Origin: an uncultured Bacteroidales bacterium
GTDB taxonomy: Bacteria; Bacteroidota; Bacteroidia; Bacteroidales; FEN-979
Direction: 5' to 3'
Length of the DNA stretch: 64,000 nucleotides
Assembly (NCBI GenBank): GCA_903926565.1
Contig: CAIYJU010000135.1
Location: forward strand, 6,751 to 70,750
The notes below the pieces were generated by a model. That model saw only the letters and a program-made list of their open reading frames with translations, searched no databases and was not told where the DNA came from. Positions 1-9,008 of the stretch are shown one piece after another. How positions within the stretch are numbered: the first letter of the stretch is position 1; each line of letters starts with the position of its first letter. A program made the translations under genes and the position numbers.

Positions 1-244
1 CGTCAGGGCGCTCTTTGTCAATGACCTTTTCAACAAATTCGGGAGTGACAGGAAGAAAATAGACTTTGTCGGCCAGTTCCTGAGAGGTTTGAATGGTTGC
101 AATATTCGGGTTGATGAGGATGGTGAAGATCCCTTCTTCTTTCAACGCCTTCAATGCCTGGGAGCCGGAATAGTCGAACTCACCGGCCTCGCCAATTTTC
201 AGGGCACCGGACCCCAGTACAAGTACCTTATTCACTTTTATCAT
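1..244 (-). CDS. carB: carbamoyl-phosphate synthase large subunit, N-terminal fragment running off the window edge
   Basis: Absent from the ORF track because it is edge-truncated. Hand translation of the minus strand from the ATG at 244 gives [65 protein letters not shown], a typical CarB N-terminus. It overlaps the carA stop by 17 nt. Confidence 0.85.
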   Translation of the reverse strand, partial: MIKVNKVLVLGSGALKIGEAGEFDYSGSQALKALKEEGIFTILINPNIATIQTSQELADKVYFLPVTPEFVEKVIDKERPD

Positions 245-1325
245 CATCTGAAATTGCTGATTTGTACTCCCTGACCCTGGCTAAAAACTCATCGAACAGG
301 AACCGCGTATCGGTTGGCCCGCCGGAAGCTTCCGGGTGGAACTGGGTCGAAAAAAAGGGTTTTGTCTTATGACAGATCCCTTCGTTGGTGTGGTCGTTGA
401 GATTGGTAAAAAGCGGTTCCCATTCATCTCCGAGCGTGGCATCATCCACTGCAAACCCATGGTTCTGGGAGGTTATATAGGCACGGTTTGTACCCACTTT
501 TAAAACCGGCTGGTTGTATCCCCGGTGTCCGTATTTCAGTTTATAGGTTTTTGCGCCGCCCGCCAGTGACAGCAGCTGGTTTCCCAGGCAGATGCCAAAG
601 ATGGGCCGGTCCTGCTGAATGGCTTTTTCAAGATGCTTAATAGTGGCTGAACACATTTGCGGATCGCCGGGGCCATTGGAAATCACCAGTCCATCGTAGT
701 AATCTCCGGTAAAGTCATAATCCCACGGAACCCTGACCACGGTGGCACCAAGGTTGAGCAGGCAACGGATGATGTTGTTCTTCACCCCGCAATCAACCAG
801 CATAATCGTTGCATCCCCACCGGGATAGACCTGTTTTTCTCTGACACTTACGGATGCGACAAGGTTCACTTTATTGGGATCATAAAAATCAATCTCGCCT
901 TGGTCATTTTGCACCAGTTTCCCCAGCATGGTACCGCGTTCACGCAGTACTTTTGTCAGGGCCCGTGTATCGATGCCACAGATGCCGGGCACGTTGTGCT
1001 CTTTCAGCCAGTCTGAAAGGCTTTCCAGCGCATTCCAGTGACTGTATTCTGCTGAGTAACCGGCAACGACAAGCCCGGAAATATGCACTTTGTCGGATTC
1101 AAAATACTTTGAAAGCTGCTCTTTGATCATCCTGCCAGGAACACCATAATTTCCAATGAGGGGATAGGTTAAAACCAGGATCTGGCCTTTATATGAGGGG
1201 TCGGTGAGGCTTTCGGGGTAGCCGGTCATGGCCGTGTTGAAAACCACCTCTCCGGCTGCAGCCCCCTGCGCCCCGAAAGACCGGCCTGTAAAACAGGTTC
1301 CGTCATCTAAAATAAGCTGCGGCAT
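228..1325 (-). CDS. carA: carbamoyl-phosphate synthase small (glutamine amidotransferase) subunit
   Basis: 365 aa. CarA-type N-terminus (FTGRSFGA...[30 protein letters not shown]) and class-I GATase nucleophile motif [10 protein letters not shown]. Followed by carB. Confidence 0.95.
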   Translation of the reverse strand: MPQLILDDGTCFTGRSFGAQGAAAGEVVFNTAMTGYPESLTDPSYKGQILVLTYPLIGNYGVPGRMIKEQLSKYFESDKVHISGLVVAGYSAEYSHWNALESLSDWLKEHNVPGICGIDTRALTKVLRERGTMLGKLVQNDQGEIDFYDPNKVNLVASVSVREKQVYPGGDATIMLVDCGVKNNIIRCLLNLGATVVRVPWDYDFTGDYYDGLVISNGPGDPQMCSATIKHLEKAIQQDRPIFGICLGNQLLSLAGGAKTYKLKYGHRGYNQPVLKVGTNRAYITSQNHGFAVDDATLGDEWEPLFTNLNDHTNEGICHKTKPFFSTQFHPEASGGPTDTRFLFDEFLARVREYKSAISDDDKSE

Positions 1326-1352
1326 GTTGCGGGATTAATTTTGTCTGGTCTG

Positions 1353-1360
1353 CAAAATTA
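1353..1360 (-). promoter_or_regulatory. candidate Bacteroidota -7 box (TAATTTTG) for carA
   Basis: The minus strand reads TAATTTTG (TAnnTTTG consensus) about 27 nt upstream of the carA ATG. No clear -33 TTTG at canonical spacing. Confidence 0.3.
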
Positions 1361-1400
1361 ATGCAAACTGAACAACGATGCCAGAATTTTAATCAACAGG

Positions 1401-1778
1401 TTACATCAGGTCACCCAGCGGACCCAGGTTGATGTTCAAATCCCGATCGGTGAGGTTAAAATGTTTTTTCAGCTCCTCCATCTTCATTTCCAGCTTCATC
1501 AGCGTTTCGCCAAGCCGTTCAATTTCCTCTTCCGATAACGAACCGCCGTCGACTCTTCGCATGGCCTGTTTTTCAACCAGTTTCCGGATAAGTTCGACAA
1601 GGGTAAGCACCAGTTTCGCCAGTCCGGAATCTGCATTTTCTGGCGTAAGCTTCAGTCTTGAATCTTCAGCTTTGGATGCCAGTTTACCGATCTCCTCTGA
1701 TATTCCATCGAACGACCCGGTGTTGAACAGTATTTTATTTTCACTCATGCAAGGACTATTGAATTTTGATTTCAACAA
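1401..1778 (-). CDS. gvpK: gas vesicle protein GvpK
   Basis: GLAKLVLTLVELIRKLVEKQAMRRVDGGSLSEEEIERLGETLMKLEMKMEELKKHF...LGPLGDLM is the GvpK signature. The true start is probably the internal Met at 1748 (MSENKIL), which removes the 23-nt overlap with the upstream gene. Confidence 0.9.
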   Translation of the reverse strand: MLKSKFNSPCMSENKILFNTGSFDGISEEIGKLASKAEDSRLKLTPENADSGLAKLVLTLVELIRKLVEKQAMRRVDGGSLSEEEIERLGETLMKLEMKMEELKKHFNLTDRDLNINLGPLGDLM

Positions 1779-2511
1779 AATTATAGGGGGGCCAGGGCCC
1801 GGTAAGGATAAAGTTTAATCCCTGATGTTTATTCTGCAAATCCTGAACGGAGCGGACCAACTGAATTTCAACATCTTTATCAAGTAAAAATACTGCATCG
1901 ATGATGTTCTTTGCAGAGGCCATTTTTTTAAATCTGCTTTCCGCGCATAACAGGGCAAGACTTACGGTGATCTCTGCAATGACTGTATCAGCGTAATCAA
2001 CAAGCAGCTCTTCAAGCCTGTGTTCTTTCAGCTTTTTATTGATATATTCCCGATACGCTGAAATTGTGATGCCCGGGTCAGCGGGCGGGCTGAGGACAGC
2101 CTCTGATTTCATCCGCAGTTCTGCCGCCAATTTTTCGGAATCACAGAATATTTTCAATCCGAATTCTTGTTTGTTTTCAACCCGGTCGAGGTTCTGAAGA
2201 AATTCATCCCGGTTACGGACAAGCATTTCCAAGATTGCACCGGATGATTCCAGGGTTGAACCAAATCGCATTGGAAGAACCGGATACCGCTGAAACAGCG
2301 CATCGATCACGCCGGCATACTCAATGGCCAGAGATTTGTCTGCAGTAAAATCACATCTTTCTATCTCGCCGGTTACGGCAGCAATTTCATCATGGAAAAC
2401 AGCAAACAAATCAGCACCTCCAAGGCCTTTCATCCCCGCCAGAAGTGAAGTTAGCCCGTCCTGATTGTGTTTGACAGATACAACGGCATATATCATCTTC
2501 TGCATTTCCAT
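1756..2511 (-). CDS. GvpF/GvpL family gas vesicle protein (paralog 5)
   Basis: 251 aa. The N-terminus (IYAVV...) and the C-terminal LTGPWPPYNFV motif are typical of GvpF/L. Confidence 0.85.
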   Translation of the reverse strand: MEMQKMIYAVVSVKHNQDGLTSLLAGMKGLGGADLFAVFHDEIAAVTGEIERCDFTADKSLAIEYAGVIDALFQRYPVLPMRFGSTLESSGAILEMLVRNRDEFLQNLDRVENKQEFGLKIFCDSEKLAAELRMKSEAVLSPPADPGITISAYREYINKKLKEHRLEELLVDYADTVIAEITVSLALLCAESRFKKMASAKNIIDAVFLLDKDVEIQLVRSVQDLQNKHQGLNFILTGPWPPYNFVEIKIQ

Positions 2512-2523
2512 GTTCAGGTTGAT

Positions 2524-2730
2524 TTATTTCTCCGTGATCATCTTGCCCGCCTTCAACTGTTCCATGGTCTCGACAGAACTCAGCATTAATTTTAAGCCGA
2601 GATAAACCAGGTCAACATCTGCAACCGAGATAACAATATCGCCCGTGAGGATGACACCTTTGTTAAGGACCCTGTCGAGCAATTCAAGGATGGTAATGTC
2701 CTTCGAACGGTCAATTACATTATCATACAT
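2524..2730 (-). CDS. small GvpA-family protein (GvpS/GvpM/GvpJ-like minor structural protein)
   Basis: 68 aa. ITILELLDRVLNKGVILTGDIVISVADVDLVYLGLKLMLSSVE matches the GvpA-fold core. The start shares 1 nt with the upstream stop (TAATG). Confidence 0.85.
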   Translation of the reverse strand: MYDNVIDRSKDITILELLDRVLNKGVILTGDIVISVADVDLVYLGLKLMLSSVETMEQLKAGKMITEK

Positions 2731-3524
2731 TACTGATTCTCTTTAATGGAGACAAAGCTGAATGGCGGCCACGGCCCGGTTCCTTCAAGTTCAAAACCGA
2801 TCCCGGCATACTTTTTCTGTAACCGGCCAAGGAGTGAAACAAATTCAATGGTTTTATCTTTAGGCAGAAGAAATGCGGCATTCAGGATCATCTTGTCATT
2901 TCTTCCCGAAAATTCTTTTGGAATAATATTAATCAGTTTGGCAGATGCGCTGAGTGCATTAAATTCATTGAAAAATTCCTGTCCGTAACTCTTGGATAAC
3001 CTGTCGATTTCAAGGTCAATCAAATCCGCTTTTTTCCTGGTTAACAGGAACGCCTTCCCCGGCGAGCTTGCCATAATCTGGTATTCGAGTTCGGCTGCTT
3101 CATGGCTCAAATTATCTATCTGTGCCTTCATGACATCCTGGTTACAGTAAAGTTTGACTGCCCATTCCTCCTTCCATTCAACAAGAAGGAGGTTTTGCAC
3201 AATTGCATTTGAGTATTCGCCCATGAATTTTTTCAGTGATTCTTCAGACCGATAGATTGTACCAAAATTGAAAGGAATGACGGTATGGTCCTCCATCAGC
3301 ATGCTGATAATCGTAACATGCGACCGAACATTCAAATCGAGCCAGGCAAGATCTGACAACTTTTTTTTCAGGTTTTCTTCCGAAAAGTCGCATTCCTGAA
3401 CATTTTTCACAACGGCGTAAAACCCTCCAGAACTTACAACCTGCAAACCTTCAAACTCCGGCCTTCCGCCAGGTTCTGACATACTTGCGGAAACGCAATA
3501 GGCATAAATCAATTCCCTGTTCAT
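2730..3524 (-). CDS. GvpF/GvpL family gas vesicle protein (paralog 4)
   Basis: 264 aa. LIYAYCV... N-terminus, MILNAAFLLPKDK motif, C-terminal GTGPWPPFSFV. Confidence 0.85.
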   Translation of the reverse strand: MNRELIYAYCVSASMSEPGGRPEFEGLQVVSSGGFYAVVKNVQECDFSEENLKKKLSDLAWLDLNVRSHVTIISMLMEDHTVIPFNFGTIYRSEESLKKFMGEYSNAIVQNLLLVEWKEEWAVKLYCNQDVMKAQIDNLSHEAAELEYQIMASSPGKAFLLTRKKADLIDLEIDRLSKSYGQEFFNEFNALSASAKLINIIPKEFSGRNDKMILNAAFLLPKDKTIEFVSLLGRLQKKYAGIGFELEGTGPWPPFSFVSIKENQ

Positions 3525-3577
3525 TACATTGGTAAAATTAGCCCCGTTACAACAACATTTCCTGTAATTAAATGCGT

Positions 3578-3850
3578 CTATTGAGAAACGCTGTCCATCC
3601 CTTCAAAGGAATTGAGTCTTTCGAAGGCGGTTATTTCCAGTTTATCATCCATCTTCACCAAATAAAAAAGCCTTACCTGTTTCGGCGGGAGGTTCATTGA
3701 TTTCAGGAAGGAATCATCCTCATAAACCTCGGCGATGGAATTCCAGTTCTCCTGAACCTTCTCAATTTTAATAACCGTAACGTCGTAACAGTTAATATTC
3801 TCTTTCAGGAAATTAACCACTGTTTTTTTCACATCGATAATATTGCTCAT
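3578..3850 (-). CDS. GvpO-like small protein
   Basis: 90 aa. The segment VTVIKIEKVQENWNSIAEVYED...LFYLVKMDDKLEITAFERL has the same layout I recall for haloarchaeal GvpO (..EGWRTVVEVVER...YEITLD..G.VTGYE..). Called from similarity by eye only. Confidence 0.5.
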   Translation of the reverse strand: MSNIIDVKKTVVNFLKENINCYDVTVIKIEKVQENWNSIAEVYEDDSFLKSMNLPPKQVRLFYLVKMDDKLEITAFERLNSFEGMDSVSQ

Positions 3851-3918
3851 TGTCTCCTCCAGTTATTTTATGTTTTCATAGTCACAGGGATGGTTTGCGG
3901 GTCTGAATGTATCCGGTG

Positions 3919-4155
3919 CTATCTGTTTTGTTTATCGGCTCTGATCCTTTCAAGTAATTTCAACAACTCGTCTTCTCTTTCGTCGTATTCCTCTTCGTTA
4001 ATTTCATCCATTTCAAATTTCAGCTGCAGGGCCATCAGCCTCTCCTTGATGGCTCCTTCATCCGACATTTCCCTGTCGATCACTTCATTTATTTTCTTCC
4101 CGATAAAAATAACTCCTTTTAACGGAGCCAACAGGATGTCGTCAATTAAAAACAT
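3919..4155 (-). CDS. gvpG: gas vesicle protein GvpG
   Basis: 78 aa. MFLIDDILLAPLKGVIFIGKKINEVIDRE...EINEEEYDEREDELLKLLE is the GvpG pattern. 1-nt gap to the upstream gene. Confidence 0.8.
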   Translation of the reverse strand: MFLIDDILLAPLKGVIFIGKKINEVIDREMSDEGAIKERLMALQLKFEMDEINEEEYDEREDELLKLLERIRADKQNR

Positions 4156-4156
4156 G

Positions 4157-4939
4157 TTAAACTCCTTTAGTCTGGATTACAAGGTTGACAAAATTATAGG
4201 GAGGCAGCGTTCCGACGTATTTGAACGTCATCAATTTCCCGTATTTTTCGTCGAGGTCGGTCACGGCCTTGTCGAAGTCCGGCTCCACCGTGTTTTTTAT
4301 GAGAAATGCCGCGTTAAGTATCATCATTTCGCCATAATTGTCGTTGATTTTCTGGTCGTCTGAAAGCGGAGTAAGAACATCCATGATCATGTTTTTGTAA
4401 TTTCCCGTCTCCTTCTTCAGCGCTTCGGCAACCATTTCGCCAATTTTCATGCGCTGATAATGTGTTTTATCGACGGGCAGGTTGATCAGTTTTCCGCGCA
4501 ATGTTTTTATTTCATCATATTTTTCAATGATACTTTCGTACAACGGGGCTTCATGTGCAAGTACCTTCAGGCCCAGTTCCTTCTTCCCATCCATTTTAAG
4601 AAGAAGGTCGTCAAATTTTTTATATTCCTTTGCCAGGATGTTCAGAAGGCCTGAATCATCGTCATATTCGGAAATGGTTGAAAACCGCACCGGGAGCACG
4701 GTGAATTGCTTCATCACCTCCTCCAGCACCTTTTCATGCGTTGTCATGTTAACCCTCCTGGCTTCATATTGTATGACCGGCGAATTACTTACAACAGCAG
4801 TGACATCCTTGTAATTGATGCCATACACCCGGTCGGAGCGGACACCAATTCCGATGGGTCCGAATTCGATCGGGCCGGAATGCCTGATAATCCCGTAAAT
4901 GTACTTTCCTTCCTTTGGTATTCCAGCTGCTTCGCTCAT
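4157..4939 (-). CDS. GvpF/GvpL family gas vesicle protein (paralog 3)
   Basis: 260 aa. KYIYGII... N-terminus, MILNAAFLIKN motif, C-terminal GTLPPYNFVNL. Confidence 0.85.
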   Translation of the reverse strand: MSEAAGIPKEGKYIYGIIRHSGPIEFGPIGIGVRSDRVYGINYKDVTAVVSNSPVIQYEARRVNMTTHEKVLEEVMKQFTVLPVRFSTISEYDDDSGLLNILAKEYKKFDDLLLKMDGKKELGLKVLAHEAPLYESIIEKYDEIKTLRGKLINLPVDKTHYQRMKIGEMVAEALKKETGNYKNMIMDVLTPLSDDQKINDNYGEMMILNAAFLIKNTVEPDFDKAVTDLDEKYGKLMTFKYVGTLPPYNFVNLVIQTKGV

Positions 4940-4961
4940 ATAATGATTCGATTTATATTAG

Positions 4962-5735
4962 TTACAATTCCCATTTTTCAGGAAATATTTTAAGGTCAAT
5001 AAAATTAAAGATCGGCAGGGGTGCGGTATAAACAAAGTCGCTCCGATCCTGGTAAGTCGCGCCAATACCGGCCATGATGTTGTCAAATTCGATCTCCCTG
5101 CCGCTGTTGACCAGGAAGGCAGTATTCATGAACACCGCATCGCTGCTTGTTTTATTGTGCTTATATTCGAACACCGACCGGCGAAATGCATCAATAATGT
5201 TGTCGGACTCCTCCGCTTTCTTTTCAAGCAGAAGGCGTTCGACCATATGACCCGCTTCGTCTATCTTCATGTTCCTCTCCTTTGAGTCGCCCAGTACTTC
5301 AATTTCAGCCCTGAGCTTTTGAAGTTCAACGTGTTGCCGGTCGATTTCCTGGTAGATGACACCCATGTTTTTCCAGGTTCCCCGCACATTCAGTTCCACC
5401 TTGTTTTCGAATTGCTTCAGCAGTTCCATAAACTCACTGTACCTGCGGTTCAGGAGATTCCTGATCTCATCCGGGGTTGCTGCGATGGTGCCGAACCTGA
5501 TGGGCAGGATGCTTCTGAATTCCTTCATCACCTCTTCTATCACTTTCTGGTGGGCCAGCATGTTTTCGGGGTTGACGACAAACCGACTTAGCGGATGATC
5601 ACTCACCACCATGCACAAGCCTTCGAACCCGATGGTTGAGACAAGGTCTGCACGTCCGCCCACGCCTATCGGCCCCAGGTTGATGTCATAATCTGATGCA
5701 ATGATGCAATAAATGTATTTTCCGTCGCGCTGCAT
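4962..5735 (-). CDS. GvpF/GvpL family gas vesicle protein (paralog 2)
   Basis: 257 aa. KYIYCIIAS...GPIGVGGR...VSDHP, MNTAFLVNS motif, C-terminal PLPIFNFIDL. Confidence 0.85.
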   Translation of the reverse strand: MQRDGKYIYCIIASDYDINLGPIGVGGRADLVSTIGFEGLCMVVSDHPLSRFVVNPENMLAHQKVIEEVMKEFRSILPIRFGTIAATPDEIRNLLNRRYSEFMELLKQFENKVELNVRGTWKNMGVIYQEIDRQHVELQKLRAEIEVLGDSKERNMKIDEAGHMVERLLLEKKAEESDNIIDAFRRSVFEYKHNKTSSDAVFMNTAFLVNSGREIEFDNIMAGIGATYQDRSDFVYTAPLPIFNFIDLKIFPEKWEL

Positions 5736-5736
5736 A

Positions 5737-6777
5737 TTAATCCTTTATTTTAACCAAAATCAAATTCCCGGCAACATCTTCCTTCGCCAGGGATATTACT
5801 TCATCTTTAACCGACTGTCTGACTGAAGCAGCATAGTCAAGCAGGGAGTGGTAGGCCTCAAGGATGATGTTGAAATTCTCAGTATCACTGCTGTCGTGAT
5901 TGTTGTCGGGATGAAATTGCTTTGCTTTTTCCAGGTAGGCCCTTTTTATCTCCTGCTCGGATATTTTCTCCCTGACACCCAGCGCTTTCCGTGCCTGATC
6001 TACCTTGTCGGCATTCAACGCAACAACCTCCAGCGTGAAAAAACTGTAACAGGGCAACGGGCCTATCAGTTTAAAATTCAGGACCCCCTGGTATTTTTCG
6101 TCAAGCATGTCAATTGCATGCTCAAACTTTTCCCTTTTATTCCTGTTTATTAAAAATGCAGAATTTAAGATCATCTCGTCATTCATCACTTCATGCATTT
6201 TGATATCGAGGCCGTAAGGGGATAATACATCCAGCACCTTCAGCTCAACATCCTTATTTTCGGTATCCAACCTCTCTTTTATCAGCATACCTACTTTTAC
6301 CTGATCAACTTTTGTCAGGGCATGATTGTTTTGCAAGAGTTCGACTTTCAGCGCATTGATTTCGGGATGGGTGGAAATATCCTGAAGCAGCCCGGGAAAA
6401 TCACCCCATGTTACAACCAGGTCTATTTCAGTCAGGTACTCAATCTTCTTCAGGGCATCTATGATCAGATCATGACCACAGGTAAGAATTTTGAGCACCT
6501 CATCCGTTGAAGTTACGATGGTGCCAAGCCTCATTGGGAGGATCATGGTGAATCCCTTCCGCTGGAGTTCTTCGATGGTTTCCTGGTGATGGACCAGCAA
6601 ATAAGCCAGGGATTCCCTGTCTGAAAAATTGACTTCGGAGCTGTCTCTTTCTGAAACAATGGCCGAAATATTTTGAAACGTAACCGCATAAACTCCCGAA
6701 TTTTCAAGAGTTTGAAATTGGGTTGTACCATAAAAATTGGGCACAATCCCATAGATGTATAATCCTTTTGCTGTCAT
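5737..6777 (-). CDS. GvpF/GvpL family protein fused to a C-terminal DnaJ-type J-domain
   Basis: 346 aa. Residues 1-250 are GvpF/L-like (LYIYGIV..., MILNSAFLINRNK, GPLPCYSFFTL). Residues about 258-320 read ARKALGVREKISEQEIKRAYLEKAKQFHPDNNHD..ENFNIILEAYHSLLD, a J-domain. The HPD tripeptide is at nt 5913-5905, verified on the DNA. Confidence 0.8.
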   Translation of the reverse strand: MTAKGLYIYGIVPNFYGTTQFQTLENSGVYAVTFQNISAIVSERDSSEVNFSDRESLAYLLVHHQETIEELQRKGFTMILPMRLGTIVTSTDEVLKILTCGHDLIIDALKKIEYLTEIDLVVTWGDFPGLLQDISTHPEINALKVELLQNNHALTKVDQVKVGMLIKERLDTENKDVELKVLDVLSPYGLDIKMHEVMNDEMILNSAFLINRNKREKFEHAIDMLDEKYQGVLNFKLIGPLPCYSFFTLEVVALNADKVDQARKALGVREKISEQEIKRAYLEKAKQFHPDNNHDSSDTENFNIILEAYHSLLDYAASVRQSVKDEVISLAKEDVAGNLILVKIKD

Positions 6778-6839
6778 ATCAGTTGGTTGGTTGAATAAAC
6801 CCTCCGGGTATTAAAAACCCGGAAGGTTTCGGGTTCCGC

Positions 6840-8999
6840 TTACTTCTTCGTTATGTTTTGCTTCAATACCAGTTGTATTGCTTCTTCAAAATGTGTTTCC
6901 AAAATTGATATTTCACCAGAATTCACCTTGCCATTGTCCCTGTTTTTTTCAATCAGTTCCCGGATGGCAAGCATTGCAGCTTTGCGGCATACAAATTCGA
7001 TATCCGACCCCGTCATGGTATCGGTTTTAAGAGCGAGCTTCGCGATGTTTACTTTTTTCCCAAGGGGTTTGTTCCTTGTATGTATATGGAATATCTGCTC
7101 CCTGGTTTTCACATCCGGCAATGGCAATTCGAAGATCAGGTCGAACCGGCCGCTTCTGAGCAGGGCGGGATCTATCAAATCGATCCTGTTGGTTGCTGCG
7201 AGTACAATAACGCCTTTCAAATCCTCAATCCCATCCATTTCTGTAAGAAACTGCCCGATAACTCTTTCAATTACGCCGGAACCTGAGCCATCGTTGCTGC
7301 GCCTGGGTGTCAGACTGTCAATTTCGTCGAGGAAGAGGATGCATGGAGATGCCTGCTTTGCCATCCTGAAGAGTTCGCGTACCCCTTTTTCCGATTCACC
7401 GATATAACGGCTCAGGATCTGGGGCCCTTTTACTGAAATGAAATTCACGCCGCTTTCGCTTGCCAGCGCTTTGGCCAGGTATGTTTTGCCGGTTCCCGGT
7501 TTCCCGTGAAGGATAATTCCCTTGGGGGGCCGTGTATCAGCTTTCTTAAACAGTTCAGCATACTGGAGCGGCCATTCCACTGTCTCTTTCAGTGCCTCCT
7601 TTATTTCGTCAAGGCCGCCAACATCTTCCCATTTCACATCAGGCACCTCTACGAAAACCTCCCTGATTGCCGAAGGTTCCACCTCTTTCATGGCATCCGT
7701 AAAGTTGTCCATGGTCACTTCCAGCGCCATCAATATTTCGTATGGAATTTCGGCCATCGCAAAATCGATTTGCGGCAATATTTTCCGCAGGGCGGTCATG
7801 GCGGCTTCCCGGGCCAGCGCTTCAAGATCGGCACCCACAAATCCGTGGGTGATTTCGGCCAGTTTTTCCATATCCACATCCATCGACAGCGGAATCCCCC
7901 GGGTGTGGATGAGGAGAATTTCCAGCCTTCCCTTTTTGTCGGGGATGGAGATTGAAATTTCACGGTCAAACCTTCCGGGTCTTCTCAGTGCGGGATCAAT
8001 GGAATTAGGGATGTTGGTCGCGCCGATCACGATGACCTTCCCTCTCGATTCAAGGCCATCCATCAATGACAACAGTTGGGCGACAACACGTTTTTCAACC
8101 TGTTTTTCTCCCCCCATCTCCTCCCTTTTGGGGGCAATGGCATCAATTTCATCGATAAAGATAATGGAAGGCGCATGGGCCTGGGCCTCCTCAAAAAGTT
8201 TACGGATCCGGCCTTCGCTCTCCCCGTAAAATTTACCCATGATCTCCGGGCCGGAGATGTTGATAAAATAGGCATCTGTTTCCTGTGCAACCGCCCTGAC
8301 AATGAGTGTTTTTCCGGTTCCCGGAGGCCCGTAGAGGAATACCCCCTTGGGTGGCTGGATCCCCAGCCGGTCAAATATTTCCGGATACTTGAGGGGAAGT
8401 TCAATCATCTCCCTGATACGCTGAACCTGGTTGCCAAGTCCGCCGATATCCTCGTAAGAGACCTTGCTCCGGTGCTCTCCGTCCTGCTTTGCCAGTTCAA
8501 GCTGAAAAATGGTATTCGGGTGGATCAGCACGATCCCCTCCGGGTTGACACCGGTAACCGTATAATTCACTGAGCGTGAGCCGAATAAATTCGCCCTCAC
8601 TTTATCGCCTTTTATCACAGGCAGCCCACTGAACAAAGAACCGATATATTTTGAGTCATCAGCCTTGAACAAAGAGCCTGATTTAGTGTCTGGCTTTAAC
8701 TTTATTTTTATCGCCTGGCGGAAGGTTGCTTTTTCAACAGTCACTTTCTCATCGATCCCTGCCTGGGCATTTTCCCTGGTAATCCCGTCAATTTGAATGA
8801 GGCGCTTGTCCCTGTCTTCCGGATAACAAGGCATGATTTTTACCGGTGTTGCACGCTTGCCTTCAATCACAACAAGGTCGCCACTTTCCAGGTCAAGCAA
8901 TTTCATGTCTTTCGGGTCGATCCTTGCGATGGCCCTTCCAACGTCCTTTACCAGGGCTTCCTTTACACGGAGGATTATGTCGCTTTTTGTTTTAGTCAT
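6840..8999 (-). CDS. Cdc48/VCP/VAT-like AAA+ ATPase (Cdc48-N domain plus two AAA+ modules)
   Basis: 719 aa. Cdc48-type N-domain ([40 protein letters not shown]...). Two Walker A motifs ([18 protein letters not shown]) and two Walker B motifs ([20 protein letters not shown]). Confidence 0.9.
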   Translation of the reverse strand: MTKTKSDIILRVKEALVKDVGRAIARIDPKDMKLLDLESGDLVVIEGKRATPVKIMPCYPEDRDKRLIQIDGITRENAQAGIDEKVTVEKATFRQAIKIKLKPDTKSGSLFKADDSKYIGSLFSGLPVIKGDKVRANLFGSRSVNYTVTGVNPEGIVLIHPNTIFQLELAKQDGEHRSKVSYEDIGGLGNQVQRIREMIELPLKYPEIFDRLGIQPPKGVFLYGPPGTGKTLIVRAVAQETDAYFINISGPEIMGKFYGESEGRIRKLFEEAQAHAPSIIFIDEIDAIAPKREEMGGEKQVEKRVVAQLLSLMDGLESRGKVIVIGATNIPNSIDPALRRPGRFDREISISIPDKKGRLEILLIHTRGIPLSMDVDMEKLAEITHGFVGADLEALAREAAMTALRKILPQIDFAMAEIPYEILMALEVTMDNFTDAMKEVEPSAIREVFVEVPDVKWEDVGGLDEIKEALKETVEWPLQYAELFKKADTRPPKGIILHGKPGTGKTYLAKALASESGVNFISVKGPQILSRYIGESEKGVRELFRMAKQASPCILFLDEIDSLTPRRSNDGSGSGVIERVIGQFLTEMDGIEDLKGVIVLAATNRIDLIDPALLRSGRFDLIFELPLPDVKTREQIFHIHTRNKPLGKKVNIAKLALKTDTMTGSDIEFVCRKAAMLAIRELIEKNRDNGKVNSGEISILETHFEEAIQLVLKQNITKK

Positions 9000-9008
9000 T
9001 GCTGAAAT

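Noticed and set aside
6543-6752. 69-aa same-strand ORF nested in the GvpF/L-J-domain gene, and similar nested ORFs such as 8063..8404
   Set aside because: They are alternative frames inside strongly supported genes, with no independent signals.
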